NCBI GenBank assembly: GCA_964458605.1
Contig: CAYWLS010000009.1
Coordinates: 21,005-85,004 of the forward strand
DNA: 64,000 bases
Direction: 5' to 3'
Source: an uncultured Hyphomicrobiales bacterium
GTDB lineage: Bacteria > Pseudomonadota > Alphaproteobacteria > Reyranellales > JAQSWP01
A program made the position numbers and the translations under genes. This document shows positions 9,067-19,169 of the stretch, one piece after another; the stretch's first letter is position 1, and every line of letters starts with the position of its first letter. The notes under the pieces were generated by a model, which was given only the letters and a program-made list of their open reading frames with translations, ran no database searches and had not been told where the DNA came from.

Positions 9067-9587
9067 GGCTTGCCTCCGGCGGCGAGGTCGGATGGCTTGT
9101 CGTCGAAAGCGCTCTGCAGCAGCGATTCGGACAGTCGCGATTCGCCCTTGGTCGCCAGCATGTAGGTGCCCGACGCCGCGGCGATCGGATCGGCCTTGTC
9201 GCCGTGATGGGCGATGGCGCGGAAGAAGGCGACGTTGGACGTGATCTTGTAGCACTCGGCATCGGCGATCACCGGCTGCCTTGGCGTCGCCGGGCGCACG
9301 TAGTCGATGCGCAGGTCGAGCGTGGCGAACGGCTTGGGCTCGGTCAGCATGGTGGCGACCGCCATGCCGCCGGCGGAATCGAGCAGCACCGTGATCGCGC
9401 CGCCATGGATCACGCCGGTCGCCGGATTGCCGACCAGGCGCTCCTGGTAGTCCAGCTTCATCACCGCGCGGCCGCGATCGACCTCGAGGATCGCCAGACC
9501 CAGTTCCCTGTTGTGCGGCGTGCCTTCGCAGAACATCTGCTGCAGCAGCGCGCGCCGCTCCTCGTTGGTCATCTTGATACTGCTCAT
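9063..9587 (-). CDS. PaaI-family hot-dog thioesterase (paralog)
   Basis: Starts MSSIKMTNEERRALL and carries the core GNPATGVIHGGAITVLLDSAGG. Its ATG overlaps the stop of the upstream dehydrogenase gene (ATGA, 9584-9587). Confidence 0.8.
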   Translation of the reverse strand: MSSIKMTNEERRALLQQMFCEGTPHNRELGLAILEVDRGRAVMKLDYQERLVGNPATGVIHGGAITVLLDSAGGMAVATMLTEPKPFATLDLRIDYVRPATPRQPVIADAECYKITSNVAFFRAIAHHGDKADPIAAASGTYMLATKGESRLSESLLQSAFDDKPSDLAAGGKP

Positions 9588-10744
9588 AGTCCCATTTGCC
9601 GGGCGGCCAGGTCCTTCATGATCTCGATCGAGCCGCCGCCGATCGACATCACCTTGGTTTCGCGATAGATGCGCTCGACCTTGCCGCCGCGCAAGTAGCC
9701 TGCCCCGCCCAGCACCTGCATGGCCTCGTTGGCGACGTATTCTAACGTGGTGGTGGCCAGCACCTTGAGCATGCAGATCTCGGCCACCGGCCGCTCGCCC
9801 TGCTGCACGCGCCAGGTCAGGTTCTCGACATAGGCCTTCGCCGCGTTGATACGCATGGCCATGTCGACCAGCTTGTGGCGGATCACCTGGTTCTTGACCA
9901 GCGGCTTGCCGAAGGTCTCGCGCTGGCGGGCATAGGCGATCGCCTCGTCCAGGCACACCTGCGCGAAGCCGCAAGAACTGGCCGACATGCCCAGCCGCTC
10001 CTGGTTGAAGTTCAGCATGATGCCGATGAAGCCGGCATTCTCCGCGCCGATCAGGTTCTCGACCGGCACCTTGCAATCGTCGAAGAACAGTTGCGCCGTG
10101 TCGGATGCCCACCAGCCCATCTTGCGCAGCTTGGTGCGCGAGAAGCCCGGCGTATCGCGCTCGATCAGCAACAGGGACACGCCGCCCATGCCCGGCCCGC
10201 CGGTGCGCACCGCCACGGTGTAGTAGTCGGCGCGCACGCCGGAGGTGATGAACATCTTCTGGCCGTTGACCACGTAGTGGCCGCCTTCGCGCCGCGCGGT
10301 GGTGCGCAGATTGGCGACGTCCGACCCGCCCGACGGTTCGGTGATGGCCAGCGCGCTGATCTTCTCGCCCGACAATATTTCCGGCAGCACGCGGCGCTTC
10401 ATCGCCTCGTGGCCCAGCCGCGCGATCGGCGGCGCGCCGATGGTGTGGCTCATCAGGCTGGCGCTGACGCCGCCGCAACCGGCCTGGGCCAGCTCCTCGC
10501 TCAGGATGATGTTGAAGAAGCCGTCGGTCGGAACGCCGCCATACTCCTCGGGGAAACCCAGTTGCAGCAGGCCCAGCCGCGACGCCTTGCGGTAGAGTTC
10601 GCGCGGGAATTCTTCCGCCTCGTCCCACTGATCGACGTAAGGCGAAATCTCCTTGGCCACGAAGCGTCGCACCTGATCGCGGAAGGCGTCGTGCTCGGCG
10701 GTGTAGTACGGGCTGGGCATGGCGTTGGGAATCGTCGTGGACAT
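9584..10744 (-). CDS. Acyl-CoA dehydrogenase (386 aa)
   Basis: Starts MSTTIPNAMPSPYYTAEHDAFRDQVRRFV. ACAD motifs are ALAITEPSGGSDVANL and YRETKVMSIGGGSIEIMKDLAARQ. Confidence 0.9.
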   Translation of the reverse strand: MSTTIPNAMPSPYYTAEHDAFRDQVRRFVAKEISPYVDQWDEAEEFPRELYRKASRLGLLQLGFPEEYGGVPTDGFFNIILSEELAQAGCGGVSASLMSHTIGAPPIARLGHEAMKRRVLPEILSGEKISALAITEPSGGSDVANLRTTARREGGHYVVNGQKMFITSGVRADYYTVAVRTGGPGMGGVSLLLIERDTPGFSRTKLRKMGWWASDTAQLFFDDCKVPVENLIGAENAGFIGIMLNFNQERLGMSASSCGFAQVCLDEAIAYARQRETFGKPLVKNQVIRHKLVDMAMRINAAKAYVENLTWRVQQGERPVAEICMLKVLATTTLEYVANEAMQVLGGAGYLRGGKVERIYRETKVMSIGGGSIEIMKDLAARQMGL

Positions 10745-10971
10745 CGGCAACCCGCGCGGTGATCTGCTACGGCGATTATAGACGAGACTTGCGGCCGCCA
10801 CGTGGCAATGGTGGCGGACCGTTCCGCAAGCCGGAACCGGGCCGCGCCGCGGCGATTCCTGTTGACAGGAAGCGGCGAAAAAAGTCCTGTATTCAACGTC
10901 GTTGACCGAACGCAGAAGCAAATTCGAGGGTCGAAACAGACCCGCTGGGCAACGACAGCAGGGCGGGAACG

Positions 10972-11844
10972 ATGCTGGATTTCCTTCAGCAGTTGGTCAA
11001 CGGCATTGCCGTTGGCTGTATCTATGGCTTGATCGCACTGGGTTTCGTGCTGATCTACAAAGCCACCGAGGTCGTCAATTTCGCGCAAGGCGAATTGATG
11101 ATGCTGGGGGCATTCCTCGCCTACACCTTCATCGGCCTGCTGGGATTGAATTACTGGCTGGGCTTCGTCCTGGCAGTGGTGTCGATGGCGGCGCTAGGGT
11201 CGCTGACCGAGCGGCTGGTGGTGCGGCCGATCCTGGGCTATCCGCAATTCTCCATCGTCATGGCGACCATCGGGCTGGGCTTCTTCGCCCGCTCCGCCGC
11301 CGGCATGATCTGGGGCACCGACGACCTGAAGATCGATACGCCCTTCAGCAACGGGGTGCTCAAGCTCGGCGCGCTAGTGCTGGCCTACGACAAACTTTCG
11401 GTGATCGTCGCCACCGTGCTGCTGTGCGGCGTGCTCTACGTCTTCTTCTCGCGCACCCGCATGGGCGTGGCGATGCAGGCGACCTCGCAGAACATGCTGG
11501 CCGCCTACTACATGGGCATTCCCGTCAAGACCGTGTTCTCGCTGATCTGGGCGATCAGCGCCGGCGTCGCCTGCTTCGCCGGGGTGCTGCTGGCGCCGAT
11601 CGCCTTCATCCACAGCAATTTGGGCTTCCTCGGCCTGAAAGCCTTCCCTGCCGCCGTGCTGGGCGGCTTCGGCAGCATTCCCGGCGCGCTGGTAGGCGGC
11701 GTGATCATCGGCGTGATCGAGAACCTGGCGGGCTTCTACCTACCGCAGGGCTGGAAGGACATCGCCGCCTACATCGTGCTGCTGGCGGTGCTGATGCTGA
11801 AGCCCGAGGGCCTGTTCGGCGTGAAGGTCCGCAAGAAGGTCTGA
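10972..11844 (+). CDS. Branched-chain-amino-acid-type (LIV/HAAT family) ABC transporter permease, LivH-like
   Basis: 290 aa and polytopic, with the typical N-terminus MLDFLQQLVNGIAVGCIYGLIALGFVLIY. Confidence 0.9.
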   Translation: MLDFLQQLVNGIAVGCIYGLIALGFVLIYKATEVVNFAQGELMMLGAFLAYTFIGLLGLNYWLGFVLAVVSMAALGSLTERLVVRPILGYPQFSIVMATIGLGFFARSAAGMIWGTDDLKIDTPFSNGVLKLGALVLAYDKLSVIVATVLLCGVLYVFFSRTRMGVAMQATSQNMLAAYYMGIPVKTVFSLIWAISAGVACFAGVLLAPIAFIHSNLGFLGLKAFPAAVLGGFGSIPGALVGGVIIGVIENLAGFYLPQGWKDIAAYIVLLAVLMLKPEGLFGVKVRKKV

Positions 11845-11845
11845 C

Positions 11846-12997
11846 ATGCGCTTCATCTTCAAGACCGACTACAACCAGGACATCAAGCTGCTCAAGCACA
11901 GCGGCTACTGGTGGTCCTACGGCGTCTTGCTGGCGCTGCTGGCGGCAGCGCCGTTCATGCTCAGCGACTATTACGTCACGCAGCTCGTGTTCGTGTTCAT
12001 CTACGCCATCGTCGGCGTGGCGCTGATGGTGTTGACCGGCTACACCGGCCAGGGATCACTGGGCCATGCCGCCTTCCTGGCGATCGGCGCCTACACAGCG
12101 GCCTTCATGCAGAAGCACGGCGTGCCGTTCGTGGTCTATTTCCCGCTCGCCGCCGTCATCACCGGCGCGGTCGGAGCCCTGGTCGCCTTCCCGGCGCTGC
12201 GCCTGACCGGCATCTACCTGGTGATCGCGACGATTGCCTTCGGATTCATCGTCGAAGAGATCGCGGCGCGCTGGGAATACGTCACCAACGGCAACGACGG
12301 CTTGCGCGTCAAGACCATCGACGTGTTCGGCGTGCTGCTGTCGCGCGACGGGCCGGGCTTCTACTTCCTGTGCCTGATCGTGCTGGTGCTGATGATCCTG
12401 CTGGCGCTCAACCTGCTGCGCGCGCCCACCGGCCGCGCCTTCATGGCGATCCGCGACAGCGAGACCGCGGCCAAAAGCATGGGTGTCAATCTCGCCGTCT
12501 ACAAGGTCAAGGCCTTCGCCGTCAGCGCCGGCATCACCGGCCTGGCGGGCGTGCTCTATGCCCATGCGCTGACCTTCATCAGCCCCGAGATGTTCACCCT
12601 GGTGCTGTCGCTGGAATTCATCATGGTGATCATCATCGGCGGCGTGATCGGCCTGCACGGCGCGGTGCTGGGCGCGATCTTCATCGTCATGGTCGATCCG
12701 CTGCTGACCCTGCTGAAGGACGACGTGCCGCCCATGCTGGGCCGGCTAGCGCACGGGCTGGGCCTGGGCGATGCCGCGGCCGGCAAGTTCTCCGAGGCGG
12801 TGGCCAACTTCGCCGGCGCGGCCGGGTTGAAAGGCGCGATCTACGGCCTGCTGATCATCTTCTTCATCATCTTCGAGCCCTACGGGCTGTACGGCCGCTG
12901 GCTCAAGGTCAAGCTCTACTTCCAGCTCTTCCCGCTCTACAAGAAGGCCACCTTCAAACGGCAGAAGACCTACGTCAAATCGGAGCGCAACCGGTGA
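11846..12997 (+). CDS. LIV/HAAT-family ABC transporter permease, LivM-like
   Basis: 383 aa and polytopic. The ATG lies 1 nt after the upstream stop. Contains YTGQGSLGHAAFLAIGAY. Confidence 0.9.
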   Translation: MRFIFKTDYNQDIKLLKHSGYWWSYGVLLALLAAAPFMLSDYYVTQLVFVFIYAIVGVALMVLTGYTGQGSLGHAAFLAIGAYTAAFMQKHGVPFVVYFPLAAVITGAVGALVAFPALRLTGIYLVIATIAFGFIVEEIAARWEYVTNGNDGLRVKTIDVFGVLLSRDGPGFYFLCLIVLVLMILLALNLLRAPTGRAFMAIRDSETAAKSMGVNLAVYKVKAFAVSAGITGLAGVLYAHALTFISPEMFTLVLSLEFIMVIIIGGVIGLHGAVLGAIFIVMVDPLLTLLKDDVPPMLGRLAHGLGLGDAAAGKFSEAVANFAGAAGLKGAIYGLLIIFFIIFEPYGLYGRWLKVKLYFQLFPLYKKATFKRQKTYVKSERNR

Positions 12998-13773
12998 GCG
13001 CCGCGGCCGCCAGCGAGGCGTTCTTCGCCGCCGCCGGCCTGTCGCTGCAGTTCGGCGGGCTGCGCGCGGTCGACAACGTGTCCTTCGCCGTCGAACGCGG
13101 CGAGGTCTTCACGATCATCGGCCCGAACGGCGCCGGCAAGACCTCGATCTTCAACCTGATCAGCCGGCTCTACAGTCCAAGTTCGGGCAGGCTCTACTTC
13201 GAAGGCCAGGACATCACCGCCGTGCCGCCGCACCAGATCGCCCGGCGCGGCATCGCCCGCACCTTCCAGAACATCGAGCTGTTCGAGAACACCACGGTGC
13301 TGGCCAACCTGCTGGTCGGCCGGCACTGCCACACCGACACGTCGCTGTGGGCCGAGGCGTTGTTCCTGCCCCGGGTGCGGCGCCGCGAGAAGCAGCACCG
13401 CGAAGCCGTCGAGCAGGTGATCGATTTCCTCGACCTGCAGAAATATCGCGACATGCTGATCGCCGGCCTGCCCTACGGCGTGCGCAAGGTGTGCGAGGTG
13501 GCGCGCGCGCTGTGCACCGAACCCAAGCTGCTGCTGCTCGACGAGCCGTCCTCCGGCCTCAACGTCGAGGAAACCAGGGACATGGGCTTCTGGATCACCG
13601 ACATCAAGAACGAGCTCGGCATCACGGTGCTGATGGTCGAACACGACATGTCGCTGGTGAACATGGTGTCGGACCGGGTGCTGGCGCTGAACTACGGCAA
13701 GGTGCTGGCGACCGGCAGCCCGGCCGAGGTGCAGAGCCATCCCGACGTCGTCGCCGCGTATCTGGGAGGCTGA
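12994..13773 (+). CDS. LIV/HAAT-family ABC transporter ATP-binding protein, LivG-like
   Basis: The GTG start overlaps the LivM stop (GTGA). Walker A is GPNGAGKTS, Walker B is LLLLDEPSSG, and the LivG-type segment LPYGVRKVCEVARAL is present. Confidence 0.85.
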   Translation: MSAAAASEAFFAAAGLSLQFGGLRAVDNVSFAVERGEVFTIIGPNGAGKTSIFNLISRLYSPSSGRLYFEGQDITAVPPHQIARRGIARTFQNIELFENTTVLANLLVGRHCHTDTSLWAEALFLPRVRRREKQHREAVEQVIDFLDLQKYRDMLIAGLPYGVRKVCEVARALCTEPKLLLLDEPSSGLNVEETRDMGFWITDIKNELGITVLMVEHDMSLVNMVSDRVLALNYGKVLATGSPAEVQSHPDVVAAYLGG

Positions 13774-13775
13774 CG

Positions 13776-14549
13776 ATGGGCGACGTCATCCTGCGCGTGG
13801 CGAACATCGAGAGCTACTACGGGCCGATCATGGCCATCCGCGGCGTCAGCCTGGAAGTCGAGCAAGGCAGTATCGTCACCGTGCTGGGCGCCAACGGCGC
13901 CGGCAAGACCACCATCCTGAAGACCATTTCCGGCGTGCTCGACCCGCTCAAGGGCACCGTCGAGTTCGAAGGCCGCCAGATCCAGCGCGTCGATCCGGAC
14001 AAGATCGTGCGCATGGGCCTCAGCCACGTGCCCGAGGGGCGCGAGGTGTTCCCGTTCCTCAGCGTGCGCGACAACCTGATGATGGGCGCCTATCTGCGCC
14101 GCGACCGCGCCGCCATGCACGACGATCTGGAACGCGTCTACGCCTATTTCCCGCGCCTCAAGGAGCGCCAGGCCCAGCCGGCCGGCCAGCTCTCGGGCGG
14201 CGAACAGCAGATGCTGGCGATCAGCCGGGCGCTGATGAACCGGCCCAAGCTGCTGCTGCTCGACGAACCGTCGCTGGGCCTGTCGCCGCTGCTGGTCAAG
14301 GAGATCTTCGGCATCATCAAACGCATCAACCGGGAAACCGGCGCCGCCATCCTGCTGGTCGAGCAGAATGCGCGCATGGCCCTGGAGACGGCGCATTTCG
14401 GCTACGTGCTGGAAGTCGGCCGCGTGGTGATGAGCGACGCTTGCGAGCGGCTGATGAAGAGCAAGGACATCCAGGAATTCTACCTGGGCGCCAAGGAAGG
14501 CGGCGCCCGCGGCCAGCGACGCTGGAAGCGCAAGAAGACGTGGCGATAG
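13776..14549 (+). CDS. LIV/HAAT-family ABC transporter ATP-binding protein, LivF-like
   Basis: Starts MGDVILRVANIESYYG. Walker A is GANGAGKTT, the signature is LSGGEQQML, and Walker B is LLLLDEPS. Confidence 0.9.
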   Translation: MGDVILRVANIESYYGPIMAIRGVSLEVEQGSIVTVLGANGAGKTTILKTISGVLDPLKGTVEFEGRQIQRVDPDKIVRMGLSHVPEGREVFPFLSVRDNLMMGAYLRRDRAAMHDDLERVYAYFPRLKERQAQPAGQLSGGEQQMLAISRALMNRPKLLLLDEPSLGLSPLLVKEIFGIIKRINRETGAAILLVEQNARMALETAHFGYVLEVGRVVMSDACERLMKSKDIQEFYLGAKEGGARGQRRWKRKKTWR

Positions 14550-14586
14550 CGACCGCCGGCAGATGCCGGCGCTGCGGGAGGAGACG

Positions 14587-16425
14587 ATGGCACGTCCTGC
14601 AACCCTGACCGTGGCGGAGACCCTGCCCCGATCGTTCGCGCTGTCGGTCAAAACGCGCAGCGACAAGGCGGCGATGCGCGAGAAGCATCTGGGCATCTGG
14701 CGCACCATCACCTGGAACGACTGGATGGCGCGGGCCCGCGAGGTCGCCGCGGCGCTGGCCAGCATCGGCTTCCAGCCCGGCGACGTCGCCTCGGTGCTGA
14801 GCAACACCGTGCCCGAGTGGAACTACGCCGACATGGGCATATTGTGCGCCGGCGGCGTGTCGTCGGGCATCTACCCCACCGATTCGGCCAAGCAGGTCGA
14901 GTACCTGATCAACGATTCGGCGACGCGCGTGATCTTCGTCGAGGACGACGAGCAGCTCGACAAGGTGCTCGAGGTGCGCGAGCGCTGCCCCACCTTGAAG
15001 CAGATCGTCATCTTCGACATGGAAGGCCTGAGCGAATTCAGCGATCCCATGGCCATGGCGCTGGACGATTTCCTGGCCAAGGGCCGCGCCTTCGACGCCA
15101 CCCATCCCGAGCTGTTCGAGCAGCGACTGGACTCGCGGACAGCCGCGGACCTGGCCATTCTGGTCTATACGTCCGGCACCACCGGCCCGCCCAAGGGCGC
15201 CATGCACAGCCACCGCAGCATCTGCTTCCAGATGGCCAACTGCATGAGCATGGATTCGCTGACTTGGCAGGAGGACGACGAGCGGCTGTCCTTCCTGCCC
15301 ATGTGCCATGTCGCCGAGCGGGTGGCCGGCTGCTACTACTCGATCGCCACCGGCTGCACCATGAACTTCGCCGAGAGTCCCGACACCGTGCCGGAGAATA
15401 TCCGCGAGGTGCAGCCGACCCTGTTCGGCGCCGTGCCGCGCATCTGGGAGAAATTCTATTCCGGCGTGATGATCGCGCTGAAGGACGCCACCCGGCTCGA
15501 GCAATGGGCCTACAAGCAGGCGATCGCCATAGGCTTTCGCAAGGCCGACGCCCAACTGGCCGGCCGGCAGCCCTCGCCGGCCCTGCGGCTTGCATTCCAG
15601 CTCGCCTACTGGCTGGTGCTGCGCAACGTGCGCAAGCTGATCGGCATCGACCGCTGCCGCTGGCTGTTCACGGGCGCAGCGCCGATCGCGCCGGACCTGA
15701 TCCGCTGGTATCTGGCGATCGGCATGAACATGTACGAGGTCTACGGCCAGACCGAAAACGGCGGCCTGGCGACCTGCATGCCGGCTGGCCGGATCAAGCT
15801 GGGCACCGTCGGCAAGCCGGTGCCCTATGGCGAGGTCAGGATCTCGCCCGAAGGCGAAATCCTGATCCGCGGCGAGCACGTCTTCATGGGCTATCTCAAC
15901 CAGCCGGAAAAGTCGGCCGAGACGGTCGACAAGGACGGCTGGCTGCACACCGGCGACGTCGGCGCGATCGACAACGAGGGCTTCGTCAAGATCACCGACC
16001 GCATGAAGGACATCATCATCACCGCCGGCGGCAAGAACGTCACGCCGTCGGAGATCGAGAACCAGCTCAAGTTCTCGCCCTATATCAGCGACGCGGTGGT
16101 GATCGGCGACCGGCGCAAGTTCCTGACCTGCCTGATCATGATCGACGCCGACAACGTCATGAAGTTCGCGCAGGACGCCAACATCCCGTTCACCAACTAC
16201 GCCAGCCTGTGCCGCGCCAAGGAAGTGCAGGACCTGATCTGGCAGGAGATCGAGCGGGTCAACGAGAACTTCGCCCGGGTCGAGACCGTCAAGTCGTTCC
16301 GGCTGATCGAGACCGAACTGACGGCCGAGGACGACGAGCTGACGCCGACCATGAAACTGAAGCGCGCCTTCGTTAACAAGAAATACAAGGACCTGATCGA
16401 CGAGATGTACCGCGGCGCGGCTTGA
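14587..16425 (+). CDS. Long-chain acyl-CoA synthetase (AMP-forming) embedded in the ABC operon
   Basis: Motifs YTSGTTGPPKGAM, YGQTENGG, GWLHTGDVG and PTMKLKR. GGGAGGAG lies 4 nt before the ATG at 14587; the ATG at 14563 is an alternative. Confidence 0.85.
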   Translation: MARPATLTVAETLPRSFALSVKTRSDKAAMREKHLGIWRTITWNDWMARAREVAAALASIGFQPGDVASVLSNTVPEWNYADMGILCAGGVSSGIYPTDSAKQVEYLINDSATRVIFVEDDEQLDKVLEVRERCPTLKQIVIFDMEGLSEFSDPMAMALDDFLAKGRAFDATHPELFEQRLDSRTAADLAILVYTSGTTGPPKGAMHSHRSICFQMANCMSMDSLTWQEDDERLSFLPMCHVAERVAGCYYSIATGCTMNFAESPDTVPENIREVQPTLFGAVPRIWEKFYSGVMIALKDATRLEQWAYKQAIAIGFRKADAQLAGRQPSPALRLAFQLAYWLVLRNVRKLIGIDRCRWLFTGAAPIAPDLIRWYLAIGMNMYEVYGQTENGGLATCMPAGRIKLGTVGKPVPYGEVRISPEGEILIRGEHVFMGYLNQPEKSAETVDKDGWLHTGDVGAIDNEGFVKITDRMKDIIITAGGKNVTPSEIENQLKFSPYISDAVVIGDRRKFLTCLIMIDADNVMKFAQDANIPFTNYASLCRAKEVQDLIWQEIERVNENFARVETVKSFRLIETELTAEDDELTPTMKLKRAFVNKKYKDLIDEMYRGAA

Positions 16426-16536
16426 TCCGTGGCCATGCACGACACCGGGGTCAAGGTCGCTGCCTCGCGTGCGCCGATCCAATGCGACCGGAAGCGACGG
16501 CCGTCAGGCCGCATTGTCAGAGGAGGAAACCGCAAA

Positions 16537-17739
16537 ATGAGTAGTGCGTTGCGCGTGGTATTGCTGGGTGGCGCAATGGCGCTGGCCGCCTCGGCGGCCT
16601 TCGCCCAGGTCAAGGTCACCAACCAGGGCATCACCGACAGCGAAATCGTCCTGGGCACCCACCAGGACCTGTCGGGCCCGATCAAGAGCTGGGGCGTGCC
16701 GGTCACCAACGGCATGAAGATGGCGGTCGAGGAGGTGAACGCGGCCGGCGGCGTCAACGGTCGCAAGCTGCGCCTGATCGTCGAGGATAGCGGCTACGAT
16801 CCCAAGAAGGCCGTGCTGGCGACGCAGAAGATGGTCGAGAAGGACAAGATCTTCGCCATGCTGGCGCCAATGGGCTCGCCCACCGTGCTGGCGGCGCAGG
16901 ACATCCTGCTCGACAACGGCATTCCGCAGCTTTTCCCGGTCACCTCGGCGGAATTCACCTTCAAGATGGATCCCAACAAGCCGCAGGACCGGCTGAAGTT
17001 CAACAACGTGCCGCCCTACAATTCCAGCGTGCGCGCCGGCGCCCGCACCCTGATCCAGGAAAAGGGACTGAAAGCTCCCTGCATCATGTATCAGGACGAC
17101 GAGTTCGGCAAAAACGTCGAAGACGGCTTCAACCAGGCGCTCGCCGACCTGAAGATGAAGCCGACCGCGGTCACCACCTACAAGCGCGGCGCGTCCGATT
17201 TCAGTTCCCAGGTCGCCAAGATGAAGTCGGATGGCTGCGACTTCGTGGTGCTGGGCACCATCGTGCGCGAGACCATCGGCGCCATGGCCGAGGCCAAGAA
17301 GCTGGGCTGGTCGCCGGTGTTCTTCGGCAGCACCGCCGCCAACGTCATCGAGGTTCCGGAGCTGGGCAAGGACGCGGTCGAGAATTTCTATGCCGTCGGC
17401 GGCATGGAGATCCCCTATCGCGACACCGCCACCGGCAAGGCCAAGGAGTGGACCGAGGCCTACTTCAAGAAGTACGGCGCCGAGCCCAACACCCAGGCGG
17501 CACTGGGCTATGACGAAGTCATGACTTTCGCCCACTACGCCAAGCTGGCCGGCAAGGACCTCACCGGCCAGAAGTTCCTCGATGCGATGGAGTCGGGCGA
17601 CAAGTTCCAGGACATCTTCGGTTCGCCGGCCGGCAGCTTCTCCAAGACCAACCACCTCTCCGCCGTGGTGTTCATGCTGCAGCAGGTGCAGAAGGGCCGC
17701 TGGGTGGTGCTGAAGCGCGATCTGACCAACCCGTCCTGA
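16537..17739 (+). CDS. LIV-type periplasmic substrate-binding protein, copy 1
   Basis: AGAGGAGGAA Shine-Dalgarno and signal peptide MSSALRVVLLGGAMALAASAAFAQ. The mature part has a Leu/Ile/Val-binding-protein-like layout (GVNGRKLRLIVEDSGYDPKKAV). Confidence 0.9.
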   Translation: MSSALRVVLLGGAMALAASAAFAQVKVTNQGITDSEIVLGTHQDLSGPIKSWGVPVTNGMKMAVEEVNAAGGVNGRKLRLIVEDSGYDPKKAVLATQKMVEKDKIFAMLAPMGSPTVLAAQDILLDNGIPQLFPVTSAEFTFKMDPNKPQDRLKFNNVPPYNSSVRAGARTLIQEKGLKAPCIMYQDDEFGKNVEDGFNQALADLKMKPTAVTTYKRGASDFSSQVAKMKSDGCDFVVLGTIVRETIGAMAEAKKLGWSPVFFGSTAANVIEVPELGKDAVENFYAVGGMEIPYRDTATGKAKEWTEAYFKKYGAEPNTQAALGYDEVMTFAHYAKLAGKDLTGQKFLDAMESGDKFQDIFGSPAGSFSKTNHLSAVVFMLQQVQKGRWVVLKRDLTNPS

Positions 17740-17756
17740 CGTTCCGCAAAGCGGAA

Positions 17757-17794
17757 GAAAAAAGCCCGGGCGGGCGACCGTCCGGGCTTTTTTG
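17757..17794 (+). terminator. Rho-independent terminator after SBP copy 1
   Basis: AAAAAGCCCGGgcgggcgaccgtCCGGGCTTTTTTG: a GC stem followed by a T6 run, 18 nt after the stop. Confidence 0.7.
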
Positions 17795-17949
17795 CATTTG
17801 CGAACAAGACCGAGCATCGTTCCGCACTGCGCCTTCTGGAATAGCGCAACGGCCACGCCGTGGCATAATGCCGCCCAGGCTGTCGCGCCTGCAAAAATAA
17901 GACAGCCGACAAAAGCCACGCCATCGGCGGGTCAAACAGGAGGAAGCGA

Positions 17950-19152
17950 ATGATCAGGAAAAGCATCGGCATCGGTGCGGTCGGCATGGTCGCTGCGGCG
18001 CTGCTGGCCACCACGGCACTGGCTCAGACCAAAACCACCGATCAGGGCATCAGCGCCAACGAGATCGTCATCGGCACCCACCAGGACCTTTCCGGCCCGA
18101 TCAAAGGCTGGGGCGTCCCCGTCGCCAACGGCATGAAGATGGCGGTCGAGGAAATCAATGCCGCCGGCGGCGTCAACGGCCGCAAGCTGCGGCTGATCGT
18201 CGAAGACAGCGGCTACGATCCCAAGAAGGCGGTGCTGGCGACGCAGAAGCTGATCGAGAAGGACAAGGTGTTCTCGATGATCGGCGCGATGGGCTCGCCC
18301 ACCGTGCTGGCGGCGCAGGACATCGTGCTCGATGCCGGCGTCACCCAGCTGTTCCCGCTGACGGCGGCGGAGTTCACCTTCAAGTTCGATCCCAACAAGC
18401 CGCAGGAACGCCTGAAGTTCAACAACCTGCTGCCGTATGTGGAGAGCACGCGCGCGGCGGTCAAATACATGATCACCTCGCGCAACCTCACCAAGCCCTG
18501 CATCATGCATCAGGACGACGAGTACGGCAAAAACGTGCTCGACGGCTTCACATCGCAACTGGCGGCGATGAACATCAAGCCGACGGCGATCACCACCTAC
18601 AAGCGCGGCGCCACCGACTTCAGTTCGCAGATCGCCAAGATGAAGTCCGACGGCTGCGATCTGGTGGTGCTGGGCACCGTGATCCGCGAGACCATCGGCG
18701 CGATGGCCGAGGCCAGGAAGATCGGCTGGAACGTGCTGTTCCTGGGGGCGACGCCGACCAACGTGCTGGAAGTGCCGGAGCTGGGCAAGGCCGCGGTCGA
18801 GGGCCTCTACGCCGCCGGCGCCTTCCCGGTGCCTTACGAGGACACCTCGACCGGCAAGGTCAAGGACTGGCTGGTTTCCTACAAGAAGGAGTTCAACAGC
18901 ACGCCCAACACCCAGGCGGTGATCGGCTACAACGCGGTGATGACCTTCGCCTTCTACGCCAAGCTGGCGGGCAAGGACCTGACCGGAGCCAAGTTCCTCG
19001 CCGCAATGGAATCGGGCAAGGTCTATCAGGACATCTTCGGCTCGGCGCCGACCAAGTTCTCCAAGACCAACCACCTGGCCAGCACCGTGACCTCGGTGCA
19101 GGAAGTCCAGAACGGCCGCTGGGTCATGGTGCAGGACGGCCTGAACTTCTAG
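17950..19152 (+). CDS. LIV-type periplasmic substrate-binding protein, copy 2 (tandem paralog)
   Basis: Signal peptide ...AAALLATTALAQ. Same length (400 aa) as copy 1 and collinear with it, sharing long identical runs (GTHQDLSGPIK, NGMKMAVEE, GGVNGRKLRLIVEDSGYDPKKAVLATQK). Confidence 0.9.
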   Translation: MIRKSIGIGAVGMVAAALLATTALAQTKTTDQGISANEIVIGTHQDLSGPIKGWGVPVANGMKMAVEEINAAGGVNGRKLRLIVEDSGYDPKKAVLATQKLIEKDKVFSMIGAMGSPTVLAAQDIVLDAGVTQLFPLTAAEFTFKFDPNKPQERLKFNNLLPYVESTRAAVKYMITSRNLTKPCIMHQDDEYGKNVLDGFTSQLAAMNIKPTAITTYKRGATDFSSQIAKMKSDGCDLVVLGTVIRETIGAMAEARKIGWNVLFLGATPTNVLEVPELGKAAVEGLYAAGAFPVPYEDTSTGKVKDWLVSYKKEFNSTPNTQAVIGYNAVMTFAFYAKLAGKDLTGAKFLAAMESGKVYQDIFGSAPTKFSKTNHLASTVTSVQEVQNGRWVMVQDGLNF

Positions 19153-19169
19153 CCACCGCTCGCACACCG

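Noticed and set aside
10893-10905. The inverted repeat TCAACG-T-CGTTGA at 10893-10905 and TCAACG-N7-CGTTGA at 45987-46005, both in promoter regions of ABC operons. Also the palindrome TTCCTGTTGACAGGAA at 10857-10872.
   Set aside because: The arms are only 6 bp long and the spacers differ (1 versus 7 nt), so a common regulator site is not supported. Such short palindromes are expected by chance in 64 kb. They are noted only as candidates for motif scanning.
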